From the NCBI RefSeq assembly GCF_009914755.1, contig NC_060935.1: a DNA stretch of 64,000 nt; one strand, 5' to 3'. The DNA comes from the human T2T-CHM13v2.0 reference genome, Homo sapiens. Each line of letters opens with the position of its first letter. Within the stretch, counting starts at the first letter, position 1. Positions 45,254-62,670 of the stretch are shown here, one piece after another. The translations under genes and the position numbers were made by a program. The notes beneath the pieces are model-generated. The model did not search any database, had not been told where the DNA came from, and saw nothing but the letters and a program-made list of their open reading frames with translations.

Positions 45254-46257
45254 ATGGGGGAACAAAAGAGCAGAAAAACTGGAAACTCTAAAAATCAGAG
45301 CACCTCTCCTCCTCCAAAGGAATGCAGCTCCTCACCAGCAACGGAACAAAGCTGGACAGAAAATGACTTTGACAAGTTGAGAGAAGAAGGCTTCAGATGA
45401 TCAAACTACTCCAAGCTAAAGGAGGAAGTTCGAACCCATGGCAAAGAAGTTAAAAACCTTGAAAAAAATTAGACGAATGGCTAACTAGAATAACCAATGC
45501 AGAGAAGTCCTTAAAGGACCTGATGGAGCTGAAAACCAAAGCACGAGAACTACGTGACAAATGCACAAGCCTCAGTAGCCGATGCGATCAACTGGAAGAA
45601 AGGGTATCAGTGATGGAAGATCAAATGAATGAAATAAAGTGAGAAGAGAAGTTTAGAGAAAAAAGAATAAAAAGAAATGAACAAAGCCTCCAAGAAATAT
45701 GGGACTATGTGAAAAGACCAAATCTACATCTGATTGGTGACAGGGAGAATGGAACCAAGTTGGAAAACACTCTGCAACATATTATCCAGGAAAACTTCCC
45801 CAAACTAGCAAGGCAGGCCAACATTCCAATTCAGGAAATACAGAGAACACCACAAAGATACTCCTTGAGAAGAGCAACTCCAAGACACATAATTGTCAGA
45901 TTCACCAAAGCTGAAATGAAGGAAAAAATGTTAAGGGCAGCCAGAGACAAAGGTCAGGTTACCCACAAAGGGAAGCCCATCAGACTAACAGCTGATCTCT
46001 TGGCAGAAACTCTACAAGCCAGAAGAGAGTGGGGGCCAATATTCAACATTCTTAAAGAAAAGAATTTTCAACCCAGAATTTCATATCCAGCCAAACTAAG
46101 CTTCATAAGTGAAGGAGAAATAAAATACTTTACAGAAAAGCAAATGCTGAGAGATTTTGTCACCACCAGGCCTGCCCTAAAAGAGCTCATGAAGGAAGCA
46201 CTAAACACGGAAAGGAACAACTGGTACCAGCCACAGCAAAAACATGCCAAATTGTAA
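45254..46257 (+). pseudogene. L1 ORF1p, disrupted
   Basis: ATG at 45254; in-frame stops and indels; intact C-terminal half (RATPRHIIVRF...REWGPIFNILKEKNFQPRISYPAKLSF). Confidence 0.9.
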
Positions 46258-46320
46258 AGACCATTGAGGCTAGGAATAAACTGCATCAACTAACGAGCAA
46301 AATAACCAGCTAACATCATA

Positions 46321-50138
<3,818 letters not shown>

Positions 50139-52189
50139 ACAATGAGAACACATGGACACAGGAAGGGGAACATCACACACCGGAGCCTGTTGTGGGGTTG
50201 GGGGACAGGGGAGGGATAGCATTAGGAGATATACCTACCGTTAAATGATGAGTTAATGGGTGCAGCACACCAACATGGCACATGTATACATATGTAACAA
50301 ACCTGCACGTTGTGCACATGTACCCTAAAACTTAAAGTATAATAAATTTTTTAAAAAAGCCAAACTCATAGGCACAGACAAGAGAACAGGGAAAGGGCTG
50401 GGGCTTGGGGAAACTGGGAAGATGTTGGTCAAAGTGTACACACTTGCAGTTATAAAATGAATAAGTTCCGGAGTCACCATCCTGACAGCATGGTGACTAT
50501 CCTATAGTCAATAATAATGTATTGTATACTTGAAATTCACTAAAAGAGTAGATCTTAAGTATTGTATTTCCATTACAAAGAAAAATAGTTGCTATAATGG
50601 TGATGGATGGGTTAATTAGCTTGATTGTGGTAATCATTTTACAATGTATACTTATATCAAATCATTACATTACACACCTTAAATATATACAATTTTTATT
50701 TGTATATATATGTCAATTATATATGTAGATGTCAATTATATATGTATATATTACATACATATATATGTATTGTCAATTATACCTCAATAAAGCTGGAAAA
50801 ATATACATAAATTTTTAAAACTCCCACCATGGCCAATTTCAAGCAACCACAGTGAGGTCACTGATGCAGAGTTCGGCAGAGATGTTCCCAGTTGGCTCTC
50901 ATGAGTGGGTGTGAGCCGCCCCAGCTCACCACTGCCTACGCAAATGCTCAGCACAGAGAGTGGGCTGTCATTCTCCACAAACCCTCCTGGAATCTTCTTA
51001 ATGTAGTGAATTGAAGAACTTTTCTAGGTATCTTTAGACAGGATGACCAGTACTTGATGAAGGGTGGATGTCCTCAGACCCAGAGTAGGGAAACCATGTA
51101 AGCAGCTTCCCACACAGAACCCAGGTTGAACTGGGCTAATTTCTGTCTTAATGACAAGGATGCCAACAGTGGCAGGTGGGTATTTGGCAATCACTGAGCC
51201 ACCCCTATCAATGTACTGGTGCTACAATAGATCTCCCAAGCTCTGAAACAGTACGTCAGAAAGACCCTGCCACCCTCTGTCGTTCACCTCCTTTTAAAGA
51301 GAGCTGTTTGGGGGAATCTCCTAGTTCCCTTTTCTTCCTCACCTTTCCTCATTTCTCTTGTCTTAGGTGAAGAATTGAGCTGGTGACCATTTGACAGTGT
51401 AACTGAGATAGAGAAATACTGATCTAGAAGGTATGGAAAGATCCCAGCCCTGCTGTCCTACAACCTTCCTGGGGCCAGCCTCTTTGTCTGCATAGCCAAC
51501 AGGGTTTCCATGGCTTCCAAGAGGACATCTGACACAGGTATTAAGCTTTCTGAAATAAAAAAAAAAGATGTACACACACAGGATTAGCTTTTAAACCCTC
51601 CATGAGCGTTCAATGATGTAACCGATCACTCTCTTCCTAGACCTTCCTTCCTAGTCATCAATAAATCAGAGTTGGTAATGATCCTTCGAAGATTTCATGT
51701 TCAGTAGTTATTTGATTAAAGCTAAATTTGGCCTTTTTGTGTGAGACTGTGCTTTGAAGGGTGACCAAATGAAACCGGGCTCCACAAGAATAAAGCAGGT
51801 GCAGCCAGGGCATCAAAGCAGGGGGTGCAGGGAGCACTCCCGGGTCCTGTGCCCAGTCCTGTCACCTCAGCCCTCAATCCCCTGGCAGAGAGGAAGCCTT
51901 AGTACAGTTAGCAGACAGGATTAGGAGGGGTGATCATCCCCATACGTGAAGCAATTTGCCCAAAAGGAAAACAGCTCCCCTCAGCCCTGCAGGCCCAGCC
52001 AGCGGCCTCCTCCTGCAGGCATCCCCTGCCTGTCCTCAGCACCCTGCATTAAGCCCAGGTCTAGACTTGGGCAGATTGTGCAACTCCTAAGAGATTAGTT
52101 TCCTCACTTGTTACCTGAGACTGCATGTCCTTTATGATGGACAGGTGGTCTGGCTCAGAGGGAACAGCCATAGGCTGGAGACAGGCAAC

Positions 52190-52310
52190 GGGGAATTTAA
52201 AACCAGTCTTGTCACCATTGGTGCCATGTGACCTTGACTGAGCAAAGCACTGCACTTGAACCTGTTTCTCTCTCCCCATTAAACAGGGATGAGGAAGAAG
52301 ATGATGACGA
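52190..52310 (+). mobile_element. MIR
   Basis: gccatgtgaccttgactgagcaaag...cctgtttctctctccccattaaacagggatg. Confidence 0.55.
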
Positions 52311-52979
52311 CAATGGCGATGATAGCCTAGAAAGTTACAAGATGTCCATTGTAACTTCCTAGTCCACAAACGCCCAGATAAACCTGATCTGATCTCTGCT
52401 TCCGTCCTGTTATGAATGTCCCCTTTGGTCTGGCCCTGCACTGCATCTCTACGTCCTCACTTGGACTGAGCCCCAATTTCTTGCCCCATGAGCATCCAAA
52501 GTCCTCCTTACAACATCTGTGAATTCTGCTGCTTACCCACTTATGACTCTCCCACCTCCCGGTAGTTCATTTGTGCATCTACCTCCATGCTGCCCCACAC
52601 TGATCCAAATGTCACCCCAACCCCCGATTACTATGAAAAACTCACATGCAAGCACCTTGTAAATTCAGAGAAACTGAATATGGGGAGGTGGCCAGGGGCT
52701 GTGGTCACTTCACGCACCTCACACCCTTCCCCTCTCATTTTTCCTCTCCCCGAAACCCGCAGAACTGAGCACAAGCCCCTCCCCTTGCCATGTCGGGCAA
52801 TTCCGCCCACGTCCAGGCCCTCCTAAACTTTCCGCTTATGTTCCGAAGCACAGAGCAAAGTATTTCCCCAACAAATCAGCTTTCTCTAAGGGAAATACTG
52901 GTACATTAACTCGTCTCCACTTTGTCACAGTTAGAATGACAAATATGAATGCACTTCATTTATAGGGTACTTCAGAAGC

Positions 52980-53130
52980 CATCTCATCCGATCCTCACAG
53001 CCACCCTGAGAGCTGAAATTCTATAGAGGGAGATACTGAGGCTCAGAGATATTACGTGACCAACAGTGAACACCCAAGAAAGGGTGGAGTCCGAGTTTAG
53101 AGCCGATCTGACTCCAAAGCCCACGCCTTT
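52980..53130 (-). mobile_element. MIR
   Basis: atcctcacagccaccctgag...actgaggctcagaga...tctgactccaaagccc. Confidence 0.65.
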
Positions 53131-53672
53131 CCTTCTCCCACCTGCCCCTTTGTTTCCACTGTTGAGGATCCCCTGGGGACTGCCTGGACGAACACCTGCT
53201 CCCTGGAAGACATCAGGAAGCCACCCTCTCCCTGACACGAGGGCAGAAAACTCTTCTTCTACACCACCCTTCCCCCTCCGCTCAGATTCTTCAGCTGTAG
53301 GGGGAAAGCCTTGTTCTCTGACCACCAAAGGAGCACAGCCTTCCAGAGGGTCTTTCTCAAGATCAGCAGGAGACAGGCAGCTGAGCGTGGAATTCTGGAT
53401 GGGAGGGTGACAGGGAGAGTTGCGCTGTCTGGCTTTTCTCCCTCCCCACACTACCCCACTGGTTCCTGAGCACAAGCGTCATAGCTAAGCCCTGGCCTAT
53501 GTGTGCAACAGAGAGAGAGCGAGAGACAGAAAAGGGACAGCAGAGAGAAAGGCGTGGAGTCGAGTCCGAGTGAGGATGTAGAGATGCAGTGCAGGGCCAG
53601 ACCAAAGGGGACGTTCATAACAGGACAGAAGCAGAGAACCTGTGAGTGCCTATTCGATGTAAAACTGCTGTC

Positions 53673-54018
<346 letters not shown>

Positions 54019-54639
54019 TCAGGCACCAAGGCTGAGGAGGAGAGGAGTGGGAGTCCATTTTACCAGCAGATAACTGCACACTCTGACCCCAGGAATTCAG
54101 TGTGTCTCTTACAGGACCTCCACTCTGCAACAGTTAGGCTTGAACTGGTCACAAAAAGCTGTGCTAACCTCAGGAGCACACTCTCCACCAGCTGACAGGA
54201 GAGAGATGGCAGTGAACGTGCAGGGTGGTCCAGGAAAATCAGCCTTGGATTACAGATTGGCTATGGATAATATACAACATGAGGACCAGCAAAAAGCTGA
54301 GAATTGTCCGTGCTACCTAAAACCAGGCAAGTGTGAAGGCTGAGGGCGGAGACTGCAAGACACTGCACAAACAGGAAGTTTATGTTCAGATCATCAGGCA
54401 AGGGAAGGTGCAATTCTTCTAACAGCTTATGGGCATACAGCGCTTTATAGCGTAGCAGCACTTTCATGGACACCGTTTTGTTTAGAGCACTGAATAGGGC
54501 AGACTTCAGGGTTAAACAGTCAGTTTCAATGCCAGGACCACTGCATGCTCCTCTGTGCATTCACAGCCATGATCCTCCTCCTACAGCCCATGCTCCCATC
54601 TCTACCTTGGATCATCTCAGCAAGGACTCAGTGGGATAT

Positions 54640-55040
54640 CCATTCATTCATTGCTCTACCAGTGATTTTGAGCCTCTCCGACGAGCCAGGCACTGCTCTA
54701 AACATGGTGAACAAATGATGCCAAAAGCTTTCTCTTCATGAAACTTTTTTTCTAGAGAGGGAGACGGGTAATTGAGATAATAAATAAGCATGCTGGGTTG
54801 TATGTTGCATAGTGATGAAAACCATGAACAAAACCAAACAGGTACGTGGGGCCCCAGTGCTTGGGACCTCAGAGGCACTCAATCCACATTCCCCGGCGCT
54901 GCTCCCATCTCACGGCGGCCCTGCGAGGCAGACAGGCTGATTGCCAGCATCTTACAAGTGTGCAGTGTGAGGCTTAGAGAGGTTCATAACCTGTCCAGGC
55001 CCACACAGGTGGCAAGGGCCAGGCCAGGACGCAGCTCCCT
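54640..55040 (-). mobile_element. L2 and MIR relics
   Basis: cattcattca...gagccaggcactgctcta; gtgaggcttagagaggttcataacctgtccagg. Confidence 0.55.
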
Positions 55041-55847
55041 CCCCAGTGCCCTCTCCTAGCTTCTTCTGCAGCTCTGTGTGGTGGGAGAGGAGACCAGCTG
55101 TCGCAGAGGAGAGGTGAAGCATAAAGGGGACTCACCCACGGAGAAGCCACTGTCCCTGCAGCCCCAACACCTCCCTCCCCACCCAGGGAGTTGCCAGCAC
55201 TTGCCGGGCAGGACACTGTAGAGCAGCTCCAGCCAGGGCTGGCCTGGTCGGGGAGCACCGGTGAGGAGGGCCTGCTCCTGAAGGAATCTCTGGACCCTGT
55301 CCCATCTCCTTCCCATCCCATGACAAGGCTTCCCACAGTGCAGAGGCAGTCAGGATGCCAGGGGGAGAAATGCCAGATTGTTATGTTGACTTTCCACTCA
55401 GTTGTCTCCTGCAGGTTCGTGCTTAGGAGCCATGAACAGAGGGCAGCAGAGTGGCAGCCTTGGCAGCCCACAGAGACCAGGCTGCCCCGCCACATGGACG
55501 CATGTGATGTCCACCTCCTGGAGCCGGCAGGCAGCGCTTCAATGGCCAGGCCTTGCCCAGCAGCTTGTCTGCAAACAGCAAGGGGCCAGACCTCACGCAC
55601 ACACAGCTCAGAAGGGGTCCATCTGGACTAGGGTTCTTGCAGACTTAAAGAGGAAGGCGCCGGGAGCCAGTTTCCATTCCAGGCTGCAGCCTCCTGCCCA
55701 GAATCTCCAGCCTTGCTTCTCTGCAGCTGGGGCCATCTGGCTGTCCCTCCTAGGCGCCTAGACACCCCTGGAGTGCACTCGTACACACTGGCCGCAAACA
55801 CCGTTACCCTCAATACCAGTCACTGTTGAGATCAGCCTGCCGGGGTC

Positions 55848-55861
55848 CTGCCACCTGCTGT
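55848..55861 (-). promoter_or_regulatory. Candidate CTCF motif
   Basis: Reverse complement acagcaggtggcag vs CCAGCAGGTGGCAG; motif only. Confidence 0.3.
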
Positions 55862-56459
55862 GTGTTTGTGCTGCTGGTGACTGGCTCTGTATATGTCTCC
55901 ATACCTCAACAACCTGTGGATGCCTCTAGGGAATCCTGATTTCTCATGCACTGGCATCTTGTCTTGCTCTTTCTTTCCAGATTCCTCTCTCATTCTTTCT
56001 GTAAACATGTATAAGCACTGGTACATGTATCATCTTTGTCACTGTGACATCTTGACAGTAGTCCAGATGGCTCCACGACATCTTGACAAGCTTCCAGTTG
56101 CTGCCTGCCTGCTTTCCCAGGTCTTGGAATAACACAGCCCCTGCTGATAGACCGATCCCCTGAATCCCACATTGGATCATCCCAGTGTGGCTGCCATAGA
56201 GGTCTGCCCACCTGATATCAGGCTTTTTCTTGAGAGACAGGAGTTTCCCCCAGGACCTACACAACCTGTACTGTCCTCATATGATTTTTCCCCACTCCAG
56301 GGAGAAGAACCAGGTCCAGATGTCAGCCTGCAGCACACCACTGCACTCAACCGATCCCTGCCTGACCATGTTCTGAGAGGTGTGTGAAAGTCTGCACTTG
56401 CCAGCTCTTAGAGAACAGTAGCAAGATAGAGTTAGTTACATATTCTGTTTGCTAAATAT

Positions 56460-57200
56460 CTCTTTTAGGATTTTTTATTACAAAAGTTCAAATAACAAAC
56501 CATGTACAAAGTAAAAATTATAGCTCCCCTATGTCCTCCTACTTAATCTCACTTCTGAGATGCATCCTAAGTTAGGTATGTATCCATCCACTCTTTTTTA
56601 CACACAGACTCCACAGAGAATTCTTTTGCACAAACGGAAACATACAAATTGTTCTGCATCTTGTTTTTTAATGTCGCAAGTACATTTTTTTTCCTCGGGA
56701 AATTTAAAGCCAACCTATTGTTTTAATGCCTACTATAGTATTCATTACATAGATGACTCATAATACATTTTTTTGAGACAGATACTGCTGTTGCCCAGGT
56801 TGAAATGCAGTGACATGACCACAGCTCACAGCAACCTCTAACTTTTGTATTTTTTGTAGAGACAGGGTTTTGCTACGCTGCCCAGGCTGGTCTCAAACTC
56901 CTGGCTTCAAACAATCTGCCGGCCTCAGCCTCCCAAAGTGCTGGGATTACAGGCATGAGCCACTGCTCCCAGCCCCATAATATATTTAATCATTCACTTA
57001 TTCATGTATGTTTGTTGCCAGTTATTCCCTACTACAAACAACATTGCAATAAATGTCCTCATGTATATATCTTTTTGTACTTCTTTTTTTCATAGGTTAG
57101 TTTCCTGGAATTCTTGTTGTCTCATTTGAATTTGCATTTTTGTTATTAAGTGAGGTTAGGTGTATTTTCATCTGTTCTTGGCCCTTTGTGTTTTCTATGA
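56460..57200 (-). mobile_element. L1ME relic
   Basis: actacaaacaacattgcaataaatgtcctcatgtatatatc; atttgaatttgcatttt...gtgaggtt. Confidence 0.55.
56768..56975 (-). mobile_element. AluJ with an internal deletion in the right arm
   Basis: gcaacctc joined directly to taacttttgtattt; TSD cataatacattt/cataatatattt. Confidence 0.8.
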
Positions 57201-57957
57201 ATTTCTTGGCTCAATACCCTGATGTTTGTACATCGGAAGTGAGATTAAGGAGGAGGTAGAGAGCTTTTAAGGAGGTAAGGGGCTGAATTATCCAGCCTTC
57301 CACTTCTATAATCCCTTTTATCTCAACCACCACTAACTCAAACCTTCCATTGGATTAGCCCATAGCAGAATCTACATTTCTCATGACTAGTTTGGCTCTA
57401 GTTGGCTATGGTAAAAGCACATCTCCCTTGCAAAACTACCAACCAGAGGATGCAATACCCACCATCCTCCTGCCCACCCATTGCTCCCCTCTGAGCCTTA
57501 CAGAGCTTAGGTAGAAGAGGACTCCACTGTCATCCAACTGACGATGGAGGTGACAGGCTCTAGAAGATTCAAGGAGGCACCTTATCACATGGGGATCGGT
57601 GTCCCAAGTGAAAAATGATGGTCTTAGGAAGGGACTGTGGAGCCACATGACAAGGGACTGGAGAGATGTCAGGAATGACAGCAGTGAAGAGATTTTTTCA
57701 TGGGACCCTTTGCAAAACCCTGAGTGCTAAGGTCTTGTCGCATCCCTTCTTCCTCTACCCACCACTGGGTGGCAAAAGGTGAGGCATGAGCTAAATAGCA
57801 TCACCTGTCATGGTTCCCTGATGATGTGCTGCATTTCAATGCTCCCGGGACCCTTATAAAAAGATGTGCTTGATCTGGGGAAGACAGGTATAGTGGTTTT
57901 GGGGACAAAGAGGTAATACCCCACCTTAGCAAATATCAGCCCCTCCCCTGTGGCAGA

Positions 57958-58092
57958 GATGATGATGACGATGGTGATGATGATGATGATGATGATGATG
58001 ACAATGATGATGATGGTGACGGTGGTGATGATGATGGTGGTGATGATGACGGTGACGGTGATGATGACGGTGACGGTGATGATGATGATGAT
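57958..58092. repeat. Compound (GAT/GAC/GGT)n trinucleotide repeat, 45 triplets
   Basis: Direct reading. Confidence 0.95.
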
Positions 58093-58609
58093 TACAAGCC
58101 TGAGATATCTCCTTTAGCTTGTGAGCTGTAAGGCTCTTTCCACTTCCTCCTCCCTGCTTCCCACCAGAAGCTGGTAAAGAGTGAGCTCCTGTAAAACAGA
58201 GGGCCCTGCTGTGCAGGTTATATTATTATACTATCACTGAGTATACAAACAGAGGAAAAGAGAAACCCACAGTTCTACCATGCCAACCTCATCTGGCGGC
58301 ATTTTTAAAACTTCCATCCAGTCCTGCATCATCTTCCTCCTCAAAACTTTTTCAGAGGCCATGAGACTGGCTCTTGCTTTGAATGGCCAACTCTCCTGGG
58401 GCCATGGCCAAGGCAGACGCTTGTATAGTGACCTTGGCATTGTTTTTGGGTCAGTGTGAGCAACTTTAGGATTGTGTGTCCTCGTGACTGACTCTCCATC
58501 ACCTCTTCAGAGTAAACATGTGAACTTCATGCATTAAAAAGTCCCTTTAGATCAAGAAAATATCTAAGGAAAAACATTTGACACACATAGCTGAGCTCCC
58601 ATGCACCAT

Positions 58610-58760
58610 CCTTAGAATAACCTCGTGTGTGAGGTATCATCACCATCCCCCTGACCGATAAGGAAGACTGAACTTCAAAGACATTAGATCACATGGCTGG
58701 TAAGTGGTAAAAGTGTGGACTCCAGCCCAGGTCCCCTACTTCCATGTCCAGAACACTTGC
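58610..58760 (-). mobile_element. MIR
   Basis: gatcacatggctggtaagtggtaaaagtgtggactccagcccagg. Confidence 0.55.
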
Positions 58761-59729
58761 ATCACACGAAGCTGATGACATAATCTATTGTCCATATTCC
58801 AGAGTTGTAACTAAGGACCAAAACTAACCAGTTTTACTTTCCCCACCTCTCTGTTCCAATAAGTAAGCATCCTAAGTGGGCAATGGAGAAGGAATCGGAG
58901 GAAGGATGGGTAGTGGCCTGCACAGGAGGGTTTCCACTATTGGAAGAGGGGAATGCCGGCTCACATGGGGATGGAGGGCAGGGGGAGGCACTTCCTCCCC
59001 ACAGTCCAGCACCTTTTTGAGTGTTCCCTTCACCATCAGCAACACCCTAGAAAGCTGAGGGAGTAGGAAAAGAACAACCAACTCAAACTCAAGTTCAAAA
59101 GCAAACAAGTTCAAAAGAGACAAGTTCAAAACCAGCCATGCTGAGATGGGGAGAAATTACAGGCCTCAGTTAGAAAGGAATTCGCCACCTCAGCGCTAAG
59201 GCTAAAACAGAAGTCCCTCACTATCCGAGCTTTAGGCTGCTAACCCGCTAACTTCACAAAGGAGTGGTAGGCAGTGGTGTGCTGGGAAAGGCTTAACAAA
59301 CAGCTCTCCAGGAAAAATGAAAGCCTTACCTTAGCATTTCCTTGACTTCCATGGTATGAATAATACCCCATAGCAGCTTTGGAAATCCTACAAAGGGGGG
59401 ACCTCAGACTAGGAAAGGGGGTGGGACGGGACACCACACAGAGGGGGAACTAACACCTCGTACATCCCTTTTGGGGTCACATTCTTCTCTTCTGTCCTTC
59501 ACTGTATGTCCAAGGCCACACACATCCATAGGTGACAAGGCATGTAAATAAAAGAAGTAAGGAGGAAGGGGGCAAAGATTGCACGTTACGAACATTCTCC
59601 GTTGTTTGAAAGTACGTTGCAAAGAGTGGCCCTATTTCTTCTATTGTCTTTCTTGTCCCCCTCCCCAAGCCAAAATCTGAGCCCAGCTAAGCTCTAGCAG
59701 ATGGTAGACCACCTCTAGTGATGGTCCCA

Positions 59730-60050
59730 GCAATCTACTAGAATCTTTTCATAGAAAAATCTAATTATGTCACTCTCCTGATTCAAATCTTTCCACCCTT
59801 CTCGTCTCAACTCACTTAATGCTAGTTTTTCCCACCAAACCCTAAACCCCTTGAGGGCACGGGCCTGGTCTGTCTTGCTCATTGCTGTGTTCTACTACCT
59901 AGGATGGAGTTTGGCAGACACTAGCCCTCCGTAAATACTTGATAGATGAATCCCAAATTGCTCCTTAATAATTCATTCATCAAATTATTTTTAAGTACCT
60001 TAACAGGCTCACAATGGAACAGGCCCTGGAGATTCAGGAATCAACAGTCA
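59730..60050. mobile_element. L2 fragments, tail-to-tail
   Basis: aaatctaattatgtcactctcctg...taaatacttgatagatgaa, then attcattcatcaaattattt. Confidence 0.6.
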
Positions 60051-62009
60051 TTGTGAATACTGCAGAATGCTGCCCATTTCTCCCTGTAAACCCACGAAGC
60101 AAAAACCAGGGCTGGGGGTGAATGCTCCACCATTCTCATGGAGAAGCAGCCAGGTGAGAAGGGGAAGCAAGACAAAAACCATGGATTCCAGCTATAAATT
60201 ATACAAATGCATGGCATTAAAAAATTATTTTAACACATCAAATATTAAGTCATTCGTATGCTCTGCAATTACTTTATCTGTCATCAGCACACTCAAGCTA
60301 TTTGAAGTGGTGACAGATGGGAAGGAGTCCGTGCCAATTTTTCCCGCAGGTGTGCATCTGGGCTAGAGGGGAGGGGTCAGTACGTGCAGCAAGGGAGGGA
60401 CGGGGAAGGGTGACTGGGGTTATGAAACTGGAGCTGATGTAGGAGGCTTGGCAAAAAGTAAAAATTACCAATTTGCATCCTGGAAAGCTGCAGGGCATTG
60501 CACTCCCTGGGAACTCAGTAATCATTAACTGGGCAGCTCAAGGGAGGTGAAACAGCAAGCTGCCCACGTCGCAGAAGGAAGAAAGCAAGGCCCAGCCAAG
60601 CCAGCAGCCGGACCCAGGAGTCCTGGCTCCTCCTACTTTGTTCTGATCCCCAATCAGTCCTCTGAGGGCAGCAAGCTGGAGAAAGTCAGGCAAATGGGGA
60701 AAGTGAGAGAAGGGGGTACAAGATCCTTTAGAGACTAGGACTCCTTAGAGGACACTGGTGGGGATGGAGGGAAGATCATGGAAGGGCCAGACACATAATA
60801 TCTAACCTGGGCTAGAGAATTTTCTAGAAAATGAACAGCATGTGATATAAGATCCACTCTGGAAGAACCCAAATCATACCTCCAAACCCAGCCTGACGCA
60901 GAACTTCTCTGGCTGAATGAGGACCTCCTGCCAGGTGGGAAGACAGATCCACTCATATCCACTGGTCCCTAGCTCCTCCCCTAGATTCTCAGAACCTGGA
61001 GTTCTGCTTCAGACACAGCCTTCTCAGCTGCCTTCTGACAAGTGAGACTCGCTGTGGCCTCCTCTGGGAGGGCACGGCTCACCGCTGAGGAACTCATGAA
61101 TCCCACACTCAGTTACACCACCTCCCATCTCCTTCTCCCACAGTCTGTACTTCCTCCAATCATGTAGATTTCAAATCACACGCTCTTAACTCCCTTAATT
61201 AATGCTGACATCAGAGCTCTCCCTTCCTTCCTTCCAAACCCTCCCTCCCAAACCTGGACCATTTAAAATGACCCCCAGGCAGACCGAACCCCATCCTAGA
61301 CCCCAGCCCAAACATATACACACACTCAGTTGTGATGTGGCCAACCATAAAAGCAAATTCATGCTGCAGGTTTCATTCACAGAAGAAACAACCTACTGGG
61401 CACAAGATGAGGCAGGTTTTCTTCCATCTTCTCAGTCAGAACAGGAGGGAAATGACGTAAAGCATGGCATAGAAGAATTGAGTTCATTGAGAGAAATAAC
61501 TTCCAGCTGGTGGAGTTGTATAGTCTAGGCTTACAGAAGTTTGAAGGCGCCTTTTCCGTGTGACTGTGGGACAGGGTTTTCAGGTCTGGCAAAGCAGAGC
61601 AGGGCCTGGCTTAGAAGACGGACTCCGTACCTTCCCCACACCAGGCGCTCTCACTCTGTGATGGGGCAGTGGGCCGCCTTGCAGAAAGCTGATTCCCAAA
61701 TGGCCAAAACCCATCTGACTTTCAGCAAATTGACTAAGCAGGCGCCCCACACGGCAGGGGCCTATGATGCAGGATGGGAGACCGCAGTCCCTACCGAGTA
61801 CAGTGTGTGTAGACTGAATCAGCATGTTCAAACCTCATTGCTTTGATTTGGTTTAATAACAATATTTTATTTATTTTGAAATTTCAATTGCATTAGAGAA
61901 AAAGATGTTATGCTTCTTGGAAGAAGATGTAGCCTTTTAAAAATTCACAAACTTTGTTCTTGGATAACGTACATCTCCATTGGAACAAATGATTGACTGA
62001 GATTCTTGC

Positions 62010-62670
62010 TTTATTCATTCCTTCATTTGTTCATATTTTTTAGGAGGTATCCACTCGTTTCCTACTTCAGGCAAATCTCTCTGTGAGGCCTGGAATTCTA
62101 AGGATAAATAAGGTCCAGACTCCGGCTCCAGGAAGAGTATAATCAAACAGTGAGGGCCAGCAGGACAGCAAACGACAGTTACCACGAGGGGCTGGATCTG
62201 GGACGCAAGGTACCGTGGGACGAGGATGCAGGAATTGGGCCTGGCATGAGACAGGAAGGCTTCCCAGAGGCAGAAGGTTTTGAGCAAGTTCATGAGGAGC
62301 TCAAGAAGAAGGTGAGTTTGGAAACTGATAATCCAGAGAGCTAACAAAATGTGCAAAAGTGTGGAGGCTGAAATGCATCCTGTATTCCAACCATTCCCCA
62401 AATAGCCCTGTTACTGAGTAGCCGCAGGAGAGTGGTGGGAGCTGACCTGGAGCAGGGAGGCACAGGGACAAGATAGGGCAGAACCTGTGTGCCAAGTCAA
62501 GGTTCCAGGTGTGTTATGTAAGTGACAGGTGTCCACTGAAGAGCTTTAAGGAGGCAAGTGACACAGTCAGATTGAGATCTGGAAAATCACCCTGGAAGAT
62601 GGACTGGAGAGGAGCCAAGTTGTGCATGGGTCGGGAAATGGCAATGAGGGGGCGACGGCAATAATGCAGG
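62010..62670 (-). mobile_element. L2 relic
   Basis: ttattcattcc...caggaaggcttcccagagg...ccactgaagagctttaag...gtgacacagtcagatt. Confidence 0.6.

Noticed and set aside
54974-55761. 208-aa and 146-aa ORFs and a tctcctgcag acceptor-like site
   Set aside because: Overlapping ORFs in several frames are expected in GC-rich DNA; no homology recognised
58078-58098. DDDDDYK resembling a FLAG tag
   Set aside because: Wrong order and a chance product of the GAT repeat; no vector context
59090-59132. caagttcaaaa x3; similar micro-duplications at ~4060-4090 and ~50710-50780
   Set aside because: Ordinary slippage-type micro-repeats with no further structure
62150-62344. Protein-like 64-aa ORF
   Set aside because: Lies within an antisense L2 relic and has a non-ATG start
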